Shown here piece after piece: positions 18,390 to 28,254 of a DNA stretch of 63,344 bases; position 1 is the first letter of the stretch, and every line of letters starts with the position of its first letter. This DNA comes from a virus (taxonomy: Duplodnaviria; Caudoviricetes). A program made the translations under genes and the position numbers. Under the pieces are notes generated by a model that was not told the DNA's origin, did not search any database, and saw only the letters and a program-made list of their open reading frames with translations. Location: positions 1 to 63,344 of the IMG/VR virus record IMGVR_UViG_3300037228_000056. One strand, written 5' to 3'.

Positions 18390-19100
18390 ATGACCGAGCC
18401 GTACGACATAGCCGCGCAGATCAGGGCCAAGGTCGCCGAGGCGATCAGGGAGTGCGCGCCGGCCGAGACCTACGGTTACTCGCTGACTATGGGCGTGATG
18501 TCCGCCCCGAACGGCCAGGACACCGTCATCTGGGTCCTTCTGCTCACCTGCCGGTCACCGCTGCTCGGGCATCCCGACCTGGGCGCGACCGCGAAGTTCC
18601 CCGGCAACACGGTGAGCGACGCCGAGATCGCGCGGGCGGTGAACGGCCTCGTGGCGGCGCTGCGGGAGCAGTTCGCCACGGTGCTGCGGGAGGGCATGTC
18701 CGGCGGCAACGGCCACCTGCCGGCAGCGTTCGGGGGCAAGCCGTCGTAGACTGCGGGAATGAGCGAGCCCCGCTACGAGAACCGTGACATCGGCGGCATG
18801 GCGTTCCTGGCCTGCCTTGACTGCGGTGCCTTGATTGACGACCGGGACAGCCACACCCGGTTCCACTCGATCCTGGGCGGTCACGCTTGGACGCTGGCGG
18901 TGCTGAAGACCGCGCACGTCGCCGCTCACATCCACGACAAGTACGACACAACCGCGCGGATCGACAGCAAGCGGTTCGACTCATGGAGTGCCGGCGCGCT
19001 GGCTGAGGTGACTGGCGAAACGGTCAGCGCGGAATTCTGCGAGGACGCTGCCGCGCTGATGGACGCCAGTGACGAGCTGATGCGAAGACTGGCCGATTAG
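18390..19100 (+). CDS. Two hypothetical genes (18390-18749; 18759-19100)
   Basis: Coherent ORFs; second has TAGACT 6 nt upstream and CLDC...HTRFH. Confidence 0.55.
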
Positions 19101-19125
19101 CGTCCCCTTGCCGTGAGGTGACCTG

Positions 19126-19779
19126 GTGCCAGCTACAGCACAGGCACCCCCGAAACAGCAGCAGCCGAAGCAGCCACCTGCGCCCCCCGCCCTGGACGCG
19201 CTCATCGCGGCCGTCATCACCGCCCTCGCGGCGGCAGCGACCGTGGCGGGAGTCGTGGCCGTCCTCGGCGCGAGGATGCTGGCGATGGGCATCAGCCGCG
19301 CGGTGCTCGCAGCCGTGGCGTGGCTGGTGCTGTCGTGGCCTGCCGACGTGATGGAAGGCACCGGGCCCGCGACGAGGTGGGCAGTGCGCACCAACTCCTT
19401 GCGGCGCGCCCGGTTCTTCCTGGCCGCGTGCAAGCGGGTCCAGGCGGCCGTCACGGGAGCGCGGTCGCGCAACGAGCCGGTCATCGCGGCAATCCAGGCA
19501 GCCATCGCGGCAGAACGGCGCTACATGGGCCAGCAGATAGCCGCCGCCCACCAGCGGATAGCGGCAGCGACGGCGGTAGACGGCATGGCTGCGACGCACG
19601 GCAGCCTCCTCGGCTGGAACGCGGTCACCGACCCGCGCTGCACGCCGGAATGCAAGGCGGCTAACCGCAAGAACTTCAACGCGGAGAGGCCCCCCGCGAT
19701 CGGCTATCCGGGCACTACGCACCCGAACTGCCGGTGCTACCCGTCCAAGCCGTTCAAGGGCGCTCCGGTCCTGCTGTAG
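19126..19779 (+). CDS. MuF-like minor head (head morphogenesis) protein
   Basis: W.AVTDPRCTPEC...HPNCRC motif; follows the portal. Confidence 0.8.
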   Translation: MPATAQAPPKQQQPKQPPAPPALDALIAAVITALAAAATVAGVVAVLGARMLAMGISRAVLAAVAWLVLSWPADVMEGTGPATRWAVRTNSLRRARFFLAACKRVQAAVTGARSRNEPVIAAIQAAIAAERRYMGQQIAAAHQRIAAATAVDGMAATHGSLLGWNAVTDPRCTPECKAANRKNFNAERPPAIGYPGTTHPNCRCYPSKPFKGAPVLL

Positions 19780-19981
19780 CACGGCTGGCCCGAAAACGGT
19801 CCCAGAACTCCTGCTCGGTGATGGGCTGGTATGTGGCCGCGAACTTCAGCGGGTAATGCTCGGGATGGCCGCAGGCGCGCAACTCGCCGTCGGCCGGGAG
19901 CGCCATTCCCGAAGGCCGGTGCTCGGTGAAGTCGTGCCCGCAGGCCAGCGTCACCGCGTAGCGGGTGCTCTCGTCTGCCAT
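19754..19981 (-). CDS. Antisense moron, hypothetical
   Basis: TATGCT 7 nt before ATG 19981; LACGH/ACGH motifs. Confidence 0.55.
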   Translation of the reverse strand: MADESTRYAVTLACGHDFTEHRPSGMALPADGELRACGHPEHYPLKFAATYQPITEQEFWDRFRASRATAGPERP

Positions 19982-20011
19982 GCCGCTCAGCATAGGACCG
20001 GGCGGTGAGCC

Positions 20012-21445
20012 GTGGCCGTTCTGTCCGCCTCGCCGGTCACCGATCCGGTAGCCGCAGCCTGGTACGGCAAGTCAGCCGCGAGCCGCGCTCGCGCAGTCGA
20101 GCTGGCCAGCGCGCCGGGCCTGACATCACGATCGGGCATGATCTCGCTCGACCTGCCCGAAGGCACCATCAAGCCGGTACCCGGCGGACTGACTGACCAT
20201 CACGTCACGGTGGTCTACCTCGGGCACGACCTCGACGATGGCGCTTTCGCGCTGGCGTGCTCGCGAGCCAAGGATGCGGCAGCGTCGGCGGACGGCCCGC
20301 TGACCGGGACCGTGCAGGGCGCTGACTCGTTCACGCCGTCGGCTGGCAGCGACGGGAAGGTGCCCGCGTTCGCCCCGGCCGTCATCCCGGGCGCCCAGGC
20401 GCTGCGCTCGAAGCTCGATGACCTCTCGGCGAGCGAGCACAAGGACTGGATACCGCACGTCACGCTCGCCTACCTCGGCAAAGGTGACCCGCTGCCCGGT
20501 CCCGTGCCGCCGACTTCAGTGAAGTTCAGCCACCTGTCGGTGCATCGCGGTGATGACGTGAGGCGGTTCGCGCTCGGCTCGGGCAGCGAGCTAGCCGGGG
20601 ACGCACCCGCGATCGACCTGAGCGCGCTGACGCCCGTTTACTCCTCGACGCCGTCGCCGCTCGGCCGTCCCGGCGGACCGGGCCTGTGGTTCAAGGGCTG
20701 GAAGCTCCCCGATTACGTGGAAAATGTGGCGCGCGGCATCATGCAGGGCGGCCAGCCCGACGAGTCCATGGCCATCGCGACCGCCATCGCGGCGTGCAAG
20801 CGGTGGGCGACCGGAGCCGGCAACGTCACGCCAGAGGTCCGCGCGGCATCGGCCAAGGCGATCGCCGAGTGGGAGGCGCTGAAGGCAGCCGCCCCCGGCA
20901 CGCCGGGCCACGATCACGCGAGCGACGCTCCCGCCATCGACCTGGCGTTCATCGAGCAAGACCACCCGCGCGTCCCGGCAGGCCAGAAAGGCGGCGGCCA
21001 GTTCGGCAGCAAGGGCGGCGCGGAAGTCTCGAAGGCCCGTGCGCGGCACTCGGCCAAGGTACCCGCGGCCACGGTCCCGGCGACGGCTCAGGGTCAGATG
21101 ACCAGGGTCCAGCAGCTCCGTTTCCAGGCGGCCAGCGACCGGCAGCTAGCGCAGAAGATCATGGTCCAGATCGCGGGACTGGTGCGGGCACGGAACGCGG
21201 CCAGCGTCCAGGTCGCGGCGTCAGCGCCGTCCAAGGCGGGTGTCAGCGCCACCGCATCCACTGCGGCAGTGAAGGCGGCGTCGACGTACAAGGCGAGCCC
21301 GGCGAGCGCCACGGCCACGTCAGCGTCATCTGCGGCGAGGGCTAACGTGGCGAAGCTGGACGGCCAGATAAGGCTGCTCCGAGACGACGCGCGGGCGCTG
21401 ATCAAGTCGGCAGACCATCTCGACGCGGAGGCGGACGGCCAGTGA
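20012..21445 (+). CDS. Multidomain head-region protein with 2H phosphoesterase (Acb1/2'-5' ligase-like) domain
   Basis: HVTVVYLG ... PHVTLAYL paired HxT motifs; HPRVPAG..GGGQF motif; repeated DAPAIDL linkers. Confidence 0.75.
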   Translation: MAVLSASPVTDPVAAAWYGKSAASRARAVELASAPGLTSRSGMISLDLPEGTIKPVPGGLTDHHVTVVYLGHDLDDGAFALACSRAKDAAASADGPLTGTVQGADSFTPSAGSDGKVPAFAPAVIPGAQALRSKLDDLSASEHKDWIPHVTLAYLGKGDPLPGPVPPTSVKFSHLSVHRGDDVRRFALGSGSELAGDAPAIDLSALTPVYSSTPSPLGRPGGPGLWFKGWKLPDYVENVARGIMQGGQPDESMAIATAIAACKRWATGAGNVTPEVRAASAKAIAEWEALKAAAPGTPGHDHASDAPAIDLAFIEQDHPRVPAGQKGGGQFGSKGGAEVSKARARHSAKVPAATVPATAQGQMTRVQQLRFQAASDRQLAQKIMVQIAGLVRARNAASVQVAASAPSKAGVSATASTAAVKAASTYKASPASATATSASSAARANVAKLDGQIRLLRDDARALIKSADHLDAEADGQ

Positions 21446-22284
21446 CCATGAAGACCCCGGCACCCGAGACGGCGGCAGGGCGCAGGAAGCTCGCGGCCAG
21501 CGGCGACGCCCTGAAAGACGGCACTGACCCGATCCCCGACGTCCCGTACCTCAAGAAGGCCATCCGCTCGATAGGCCGCGTCGACCCGTCCAAGCGCCCG
21601 GCGGTCAAGGCGCTGATCCGCAAGCGGGCCACGGAGCTAGGCGCGCTGAACGAGCCGGGCGTGAGGGGCACGTGGGCATTCCAGGGCGCGAACTCAGGCG
21701 AGGCGGTTGACTTGGCGAACGGCGGCAGGATGCCCGTGATTCGCGGCGCGGCCGACATCCAGATGGGGCGCACGGCACCAGGCGTGATCAGCGTCATGCA
21801 CAAGTCGTCGGGCATGAAGGTCGGCACGATCACGCCGAAGGGCGCCGGCTGGCAGGCGACCGGCGCCGACGGCACGAAGGCCCCGGCGTCCGGTTCGCAG
21901 CAGGGCGCGCTGGCCGGGCTGATCGCCTGGCACAACAAGATGGCGGCGGCGAGGAACGCGAAGGCCCGCGATGCCGCCGCGGCTCCCGCATCGGGGATCG
22001 CTTCGGTGCAGGGCTACGCGGGCGAGCAGGCGGCGCTGGAGTTCGCGGGCTCAGTGCCGGCGAACTCGGCCTCGGATGGCCCCCGCGTGGCCACGATGAG
22101 CGGCAGCGGGAGCGCGTCACCTGCCGCTTCCGCAGCCGGCTCGAAGCTCGGGCTGACGCCCGAGGGCGCGGTGGTGTACGCGAAGCTGATCAGGAAGGGC
22201 CTCAAGCCGAACGTGGCGCTGGCGTTCGCGAAGAGGGCAGCGGCGATGCACGCGAAGTCAGCGACCGCCAAGGCTGCCGCTTAG
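21442..22284 (+). CDS. Head-associated protein (DUF6582-like N-terminus)
   Basis: GDALKDGTDPIPD...KAIRSIGR...IRKRATELG. Confidence 0.6.
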   Translation: MTMKTPAPETAAGRRKLAASGDALKDGTDPIPDVPYLKKAIRSIGRVDPSKRPAVKALIRKRATELGALNEPGVRGTWAFQGANSGEAVDLANGGRMPVIRGAADIQMGRTAPGVISVMHKSSGMKVGTITPKGAGWQATGADGTKAPASGSQQGALAGLIAWHNKMAAARNAKARDAAAAPASGIASVQGYAGEQAALEFAGSVPANSASDGPRVATMSGSGSASPAASAAGSKLGLTPEGAVVYAKLIRKGLKPNVALAFAKRAAAMHAKSATAKAAA

Positions 22285-22998
22285 CCCCGCCAGCGCGCGG
22301 AGGCCTTGGCCTGGTCGCTGCACAGCGCCTCGAGCATGGCCTCGGCGGAGGGCGGATCGGCGACGGAGCCGACGAGCACGGTGTGGCTGAACATCGCCAC
22401 GTGCCTGAACCTGTAGCGCACCGGTTCGGGATACTTCCAGCCGGTGATAGTCAGCGCGTCAACCGGTTCAGGTTCGGGTGCCGACTGCCACCACATGCCG
22501 TTGCTGCACGTGAAAGCGTCAACGGGAATGTCGGCGCGGCCTTTCAGCGGCCCGTCGATGAAGACCGGCAGGTTACTCACCCGATCACCTCTCCCTGAAC
22601 CACGTCAGGCGTCCGCTCGACCGCCACGGTGACCTCCGCCAGCGCCAGCCTCGCCGACGACTGGCTGCCGAACGGGATGCGGATCACGAGCCTGCCGCCT
22701 TCGCGGCTGATTTCCTCGCCGCCGTACGGGCGCTCGAAGCCGATGGCCAGGTGCCAGCCGCTCACGCGGTGAGCCCGAGCTCGCGCGGCCGGTGCTCCTC
22801 GCACGGCCAGCCGCTGAACCGGCACCTGAAGCACTCGGCGAGGTCGATCGCCTTCAGCTCGGCCATCCGCTCGCCGTCAGCGCGCGACGGGTCGCGGTAG
22901 ACGTACGGCCGGAACAACTCGGCCGGGCGCAGCGCGAAGGCCGACCCCATCAGCTCCGCGATCTCGGCCGCGCCGATGAACTGCCGCGCGTGGTCCAT
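22281..22998 (-). CDS. Antisense cluster of small hypothetical genes (22762-22998, ~22577-22765, 22281-22580)
   Basis: GTGA-coupled ORFs; GAGAAT 6 nt before ATG 22998. Confidence 0.5.
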
Positions 22999-23245
22999 GC
23001 CCGCATTCTCTCAGAAGCCGGACGGAGGCGATGCCGGTGAGCGCGCAGATCATCACCGCCCTGCGGATCCGGGCCGAAGCCCTGGACGCCGAAGCCCTGG
23101 ACGCCGAAGCCGACCGGATCGAGGTCGTGACCTCAGGGGCGTCCGAGTTGCCGGTGACCCCGCAGCAGCCACACGCCCGCAATGTTCACTCGCTGCGGCT
23201 GATGGCGGGCGAGTTCCGCGCCCTGGCTGACCAGGCGGAGGCACG

Positions 23246-24535
23246 ATGACCACCACGCTCCTCACGCCGCTTGAGTTCGGCGCATCGCGGCCGTTCGGCG
23301 CGACCATGTGGCGCAAGCAACTGCTGCCCGTGGGGGAGATCAACTACGAGGGCCGCAAGATCGCGTTCACCCGCGAGTACCTCGCCGGGCTCGTGAAGGC
23401 GTTCGCCGACAAGGCATACGACGCCGTGCCGTTCCAGTTCGCCGACCGGGATAACAAGCACACCAACAAGCCAGAGGACCGGCGCGGCACGGTGCGCAGC
23501 CTTGAACTGACCGATGACGGCCTGGACATCATCGTGGAGGCCGGCGCTGCAGCGTCAGAGCACCTGGCCGAGTATCCCGACCTCGGCGTCTCCGCGTCCA
23601 TCGCGGAGGACTACGCCCGCGCTGACGGCAAGTTCTTCCCGGCCGCCATCCGCCACGTCCTGGGCACGCTCGACCCGCGCATTACCGGGCTGAGGCCATG
23701 GCAGGCCGTCGATGCATCGAACCCGGCCGGTCCCGGCAGCCTGTGGCAGGGCATCGACTTCGCCGGCAACTCGGGCGACGTCATCGACCTGACCGACGCC
23801 GAGTACGGCGCCACCGAACCCGCGAAGCCCGCAGGCAGGCACGCGAGGCCCTCAGGCCCGCCCGCACCCGATCCGACAGCCCCGGTCGCTCCCACAACGG
23901 AGGAAACGCCAATGGCCCTCACCGAAGCGCAGGAGGCCCGCCTGGCCAAGCTGCTGGACCTCCCCGACGACAAGTTCGACGCCCTCCTCGCCGACGCGCC
24001 GCAGCCGGGCGAGGAGGAACTGCTGACCGACGCCGAGCTCGCGGCGCTGCTCGCCGAGATCGAGGCCGGCGAGGAGGCGCCCGCGGCGGAACCCGCTGGC
24101 GAGCCCGCGGCGGCCGGCGCCGCGCTGTCCGCCGAGGCGCAGGCCGCGATTGACCTCGCCAACTCACGTGCCGAGGAGCAGGGCATCGAGCTGGCCCGCA
24201 TCACCCAGGCGCTGGACAAGGCCACCTACGAGCGCGAGCGCGAGCAGCTCGCCCGCGTGCACGGCATCCCGCCGCGCATCACCGACGTGGCCCGCGATCT
24301 GCTGGAGGGCACCGGCCGCAGCGTCGAGCTGGCGAACGGCAGGACGGCCGACGCCGGGGCGATCGTGCGCAAGCTGCTCGCCGAGGTCGGCAAGACGGTC
24401 AAGATGCTCGACCTGTCCGCCGAGATGGGCACCCCGCTCGACGGGGGCGCGCAGGAGGCGGCCGAGGCCGAGGCGCAGGCCGTGCAGGACCGCGCCGACC
24501 TGATCGGCGCGTACCGGCAGATGGCCGGCATCTGA
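23246..24535 (+). CDS. Capsid maturation protease / scaffold fusion (Mu gpI-like)
   Basis: WRKQLLPVG, NKH, GVSASI, HVLGTLDPRITGL; acidic helical C-terminus; located before the capsid genes. Confidence 0.8.
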   Translation: MTTTLLTPLEFGASRPFGATMWRKQLLPVGEINYEGRKIAFTREYLAGLVKAFADKAYDAVPFQFADRDNKHTNKPEDRRGTVRSLELTDDGLDIIVEAGAAASEHLAEYPDLGVSASIAEDYARADGKFFPAAIRHVLGTLDPRITGLRPWQAVDASNPAGPGSLWQGIDFAGNSGDVIDLTDAEYGATEPAKPAGRHARPSGPPAPDPTAPVAPTTEETPMALTEAQEARLAKLLDLPDDKFDALLADAPQPGEEELLTDAELAALLAEIEAGEEAPAAEPAGEPAAAGAALSAEAQAAIDLANSRAEEQGIELARITQALDKATYEREREQLARVHGIPPRITDVARDLLEGTGRSVELANGRTADAGAIVRKLLAEVGKTVKMLDLSAEMGTPLDGGAQEAAEAEAQAVQDRADLIGAYRQMAGI

Positions 24536-24539
24536 CCGG

Positions 24540-24839
24540 GTGGCCGGCAACGTCACGGTCTACATCTCCATCGGCAACAGCGACGACAGGCTCACGCAGG
24601 CCCAGTGGTCGGACTTTGTCGCGGAGGCGCGCGACGAGGTGCGCCAGCACGCGGCCGAGGTTCACGGCGACTGGCTCTCGGCGTCCGACTCGCGTTACCA
24701 GAACGCCTGCTGGTGCGCCGTCATCCCGGCTGACGGCGTGGCCGAGGCGAGCCTGCGTCGGCGGATGGCCGCACTGCGCAAGCGTTTCGGCCAGGACTCC
24801 GCTGCCTGGGCGGTCGCGCCCGGCACGGAGTTCATCTGA
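24540..24839 (+). CDS. Hypothetical protein
   Basis: VYISIGNSDDRLTQAQW; coherent ORF. Confidence 0.6.
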   Translation: MAGNVTVYISIGNSDDRLTQAQWSDFVAEARDEVRQHAAEVHGDWLSASDSRYQNACWCAVIPADGVAEASLRRRMAALRKRFGQDSAAWAVAPGTEFI

Positions 24840-24924
24840 CGAGCCGTCACCCCCGCCAGCCCTAATCCCGCACGTCCCGCCCTGCGGCGGGTCTCCATGC
24901 CTACCGCAAGGACGGTGAGTCTCA

Positions 24925-25383
24925 GTGAGCGGTGCCCTTCCGCACAGCAAGCAGGGTCCGGACAACTTCCAGGTCTCCGCGCTCGTGCTCGGCGGCCAGC
25001 TCGTCGTTCCCGACGCCAGCCCGGCCACGACGGTGTCGGTCGCCGGCGCGGGCGCGGTCAACGTGCTCGGCGTGGCCGGCAACGACGCGTCCCCGCAGGT
25101 GAGCCAGGCGGCGTTCACCGACCCGAACGCCGGCGGCCAGCCCCTGATCGACATCTCGGTGCTGCCGGACTACACCGCCGTGCACCGGCTGCCGACCGAC
25201 ATCCACGTCACCTACGCGGCCACGGCCACGTTCGGGCAATTGCTCAAGGCGGCGGCGGCCGGCCAGGTCACGCCGTGGGTCTCGGGCACCGACACGAACG
25301 CAGCCCTGATCGTCGGCAAGTGCACGCAGCCCGGCGGCGTCGTGGCCGCCCCCGCGATCGGGCGCATGCGCGTCCTCACCTGA
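24925..25383 (+). CDS. Capsid decoration/cement protein
   Basis: Ala/Gly/Val beta-rich (VLGVA, GQLLKAAAAGQV); directly upstream of the MCP. Confidence 0.7.
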   Translation: MSGALPHSKQGPDNFQVSALVLGGQLVVPDASPATTVSVAGAGAVNVLGVAGNDASPQVSQAAFTDPNAGGQPLIDISVLPDYTAVHRLPTDIHVTYAATATFGQLLKAAAAGQVTPWVSGTDTNAALIVGKCTQPGGVVAAPAIGRMRVLT

Positions 25384-25484
25384 CCATCCCGGCCGTCACG
25401 CGGCCCCCCTGAGCCATCAGCGGCACCGGCCGCCCGACTGACGGGGCTTCTCCCCGCCTGCCCTCGCAGAGGAGCTGAAACCTC

Positions 25485-26396
25485 GTGCCAGTCCCTTCCT
25501 ACACCAGCATGGACGGCCCCCGGATCACCGTCGATGCCCTGCTCAAGGATCCCCTGGTCATCCCGGCGCTGATCCTGGACATGGTCCAGAACGAGTTCAT
25601 CGTGGATGCCGTGCTGCGGCAGGCCGGCCTGGCCCAGTCCGGCGCGGTCCGGTACAGCGAGTCGACGCCGCTGTACGCCGACGACACCCCGGAGATCCGC
25701 GCCGAGTTCGGCGAGGTGCCGGTCGTGCCGACCAGCGTCGGCATGCCGCGGGTGGTCTTCACCCACGAGCGCGCCATGGCCATCAGCGTCAGCGACGAGA
25801 TGCGGCGCCGGATGGTCGTCGACCCGGTGACCAGGCAACTGCAGCAGGTCAAGAACACGATGGTGTACTCGTGGAACACCGCCTTCTACTCGGCGGTGAT
25901 CGCGAACGCGAACGTCCAGACCCTAGCCGTCGGCAACCCGTGGGCCTCGTCCAACGCGACGATCCGCGCGGACATCGCCAACGGCGTGTACCTGGTCGAG
26001 AACGCGTCGGTTACCTCGGCGATCGGCTTCAACTCGTTCCTCGGGTTCGAGGCCGACACGATGATCATCAACCACGGGACCAAGAACACCCTGCTCCAGT
26101 CGAGCAGCTTCGCGGCGCCCTACATCGGCGACATCGCCAGCGAGAACCTCCAGTACACGGGCGTCCTGCCGAACAAGATCTTCAACCTGGACGTGATGGT
26201 CTCGCGCCAGGTGCCCCCGGGCAACGCGATCATCATGCAGCGGCAGCGGTGCGGCTTCATCGCCGACGAGCTGCCGTTCCAGGCGGGCCCGCTCTACCGG
26301 TGGGAACCTACCAAGTCCATGCGCAGCGACACGCAACGGGCGTCTGCCATCGGGTTGGACCAGCCCCTGTCAATCGTCGTGGTTTCGGGCGTTTAG
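25485..26396 (+). CDS. Major capsid protein
   Basis: 303 aa; AEFGEVP, ISVSDEM, LDQP motifs; GAGGAG SD; synteny. Confidence 0.85.
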   Translation: MPVPSYTSMDGPRITVDALLKDPLVIPALILDMVQNEFIVDAVLRQAGLAQSGAVRYSESTPLYADDTPEIRAEFGEVPVVPTSVGMPRVVFTHERAMAISVSDEMRRRMVVDPVTRQLQQVKNTMVYSWNTAFYSAVIANANVQTLAVGNPWASSNATIRADIANGVYLVENASVTSAIGFNSFLGFEADTMIINHGTKNTLLQSSSFAAPYIGDIASENLQYTGVLPNKIFNLDVMVSRQVPPGNAIIMQRQRCGFIADELPFQAGPLYRWEPTKSMRSDTQRASAIGLDQPLSIVVVSGV

Positions 26397-26453
26397 CCGC
26401 CAGTCCCGTCCGTCGCCGCCCGATCTGACCCGCGCCACGAAGGAGCACCCCCC

Positions 26454-26864
26454 ATGGCCTTTGCCAAGACCTCGGAGTACGAGGCCCTCACGAACCTCAG
26501 CGTCGGCCGCGGGCCGTCCGACAAGGACAAGGCCGCGGACATCGTGCACAAGGGCGAGACGGTGCACCTGACCGACGAGCAGGCCCGCGGCTTCCTGGAC
26601 CCGAAGCGGCACCGCGTCCCGGTGATCCGCCCGGCCAGCGAGCAGAACGACCCGGCGCCGGCCATCAGGGCGCGCGACCTGTTCGGCACGCAGCCCAGGG
26701 CGCAGCAGTTCGGCGCCAGGCCCGACCCGCCCGGCTCGTCGAGGGTGCAGGAGGTCGTCTCATGCGGTGCCCCCGCGGACCCTGCCGACCCGATGTCCGC
26801 GCCCGAGGCGAACGACCCGGTCGTCGACCTGGCGGTGGATCCGGACGCGGCAGGCGACAGGTAG
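26454..26864 (+). CDS. Hypothetical virion-associated protein
   Basis: AAGGAG SD; GETVHLTDEQA motif; follows the MCP. Confidence 0.6.
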   Translation: MAFAKTSEYEALTNLSVGRGPSDKDKAADIVHKGETVHLTDEQARGFLDPKRHRVPVIRPASEQNDPAPAIRARDLFGTQPRAQQFGARPDPPGSSRVQEVVSCGAPADPADPMSAPEANDPVVDLAVDPDAAGDR

Positions 26865-27536
26865 GCGGCAGGCATGGCGGAAGGGCTCGGCCGCGGTGGC
26901 TTCCTGCCGCATGGGCAGCCGCTGGTCGTCAACGCGGCGGACGAGCCCGTAGCCGTCGCAGAGCCTGTCACTGACGAGTACGTGTGCCAGTTCTGCCAGC
27001 GCGACCAGCACGGAAGATGCCGCGCGACCGCCTGCACGTGCTGCGAGGGGTCGCCGTGAGCCTGCACCGATGGCTTGAGCGCCGCGCCGAGAGGCGAGAT
27101 GAACGCGAGCGCAGCCGGCAGGAGCGCAGCTACGTCGGCAGCAGGACGCCCGGCGTGCGCGTGTTCCCTGAGGTCGGCCTGCCGGAAGGTTTCGAGCCGC
27201 CGTCGGCGTCGCTTGCGCCAGCACACCGTGAGGGCTCGCCTTGACCGCTGAGCGGCTGATCCGCATCGTGGTGGCCGCGGTCATCGTCGCGCTGGTCGCG
27301 GCAGCCGTGATCGTGCTGTTCGCGGGCTGAGCGGTGAGCGGGACCGGCGGACGTGACCTGAGCGAGTGCCTGGACAAGTTCGGCAACATCGCCGTGGACG
27401 TGGTGATCGGCCATGGTCCCGGCGCGGGGAAGCGGGAGACGGGCGCGTCCGCGAAGCCTGCCGTCGTGGCGCGGTTCCTGCGCGACCTGGCCGGCGACGT
27501 CCAGCGCCTGAGCGCGGCAGCGGACGGGAGGCGCCA

Positions 27537-28052
27537 GTGACGACGCCGGTTGCCTACTGCCAGCCCTCCGACATCAGGAACAACGTGGCCGGGACGGACA
27601 ACGGCACCGGAACCTGCGCTCAGCTCACCGATGAGCAGCTGAGCGCGTCCATAGCCCAGGCGAGCGCCAAGGTGTCCGCCTACGTCGGGACGTCATGGTT
27701 CACCGACGCGAACGACCCGGTGATCGTGATCCCCGACCTGATATTCAACCTGGCCGTTCAGATCGGCACGTTCTACGCCACGCTGACCTACCGGAAGGGA
27801 AAGGACCTCAGCGCCTTCGACCCGGTCTACCTCGGGTGGATGGACGCGATGGCGACGCTCAAGGACATCGTCAACGGCAACATAGAGGTCGTGCCCACGC
27901 CGCCGTCCGATCCGACGGACCGGGGCGGCTACGTCAGGAACACGCTGCCGTCGGTCTTCACCTACGAGGACAGCGGAGTGCGGCCGAACGGGCGCGGCGG
28001 CATCGAGGCGGCAGGCGGTCCGGGGTCGCTGCTGAACGACGGCTGGCGGTAA
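27537..28052 (+). CDS. Head-tail adaptor (Mu gp36/DUF1320-like)
   Basis: AYCQPSDI...ASAKVSAY...AMATLKDIVNG. Confidence 0.75.
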   Translation: MTTPVAYCQPSDIRNNVAGTDNGTGTCAQLTDEQLSASIAQASAKVSAYVGTSWFTDANDPVIVIPDLIFNLAVQIGTFYATLTYRKGKDLSAFDPVYLGWMDAMATLKDIVNGNIEVVPTPPSDPTDRGGYVRNTLPSVFTYEDSGVRPNGRGGIEAAGGPGSLLNDGWR

Positions 28053-28254
28053 AGAGGGGATCAGGGGATGGTGCCTCAGGACTCAAGGTCTCCGGCCTTC
28101 GCGGCCCGGTCCGCTGATCAAGCTTCCCGCGCCGTGCGGTTCCGGCGGCTTCCGGGCCCGAACAGGCCGGTGAACGCCGCCTCGACACGGGTAGCCTCAG
28201 TCACGGTCACGCGCTGATCGTACTGGCGCCCCGAACTGCTCGGAGGAGGTGGTC

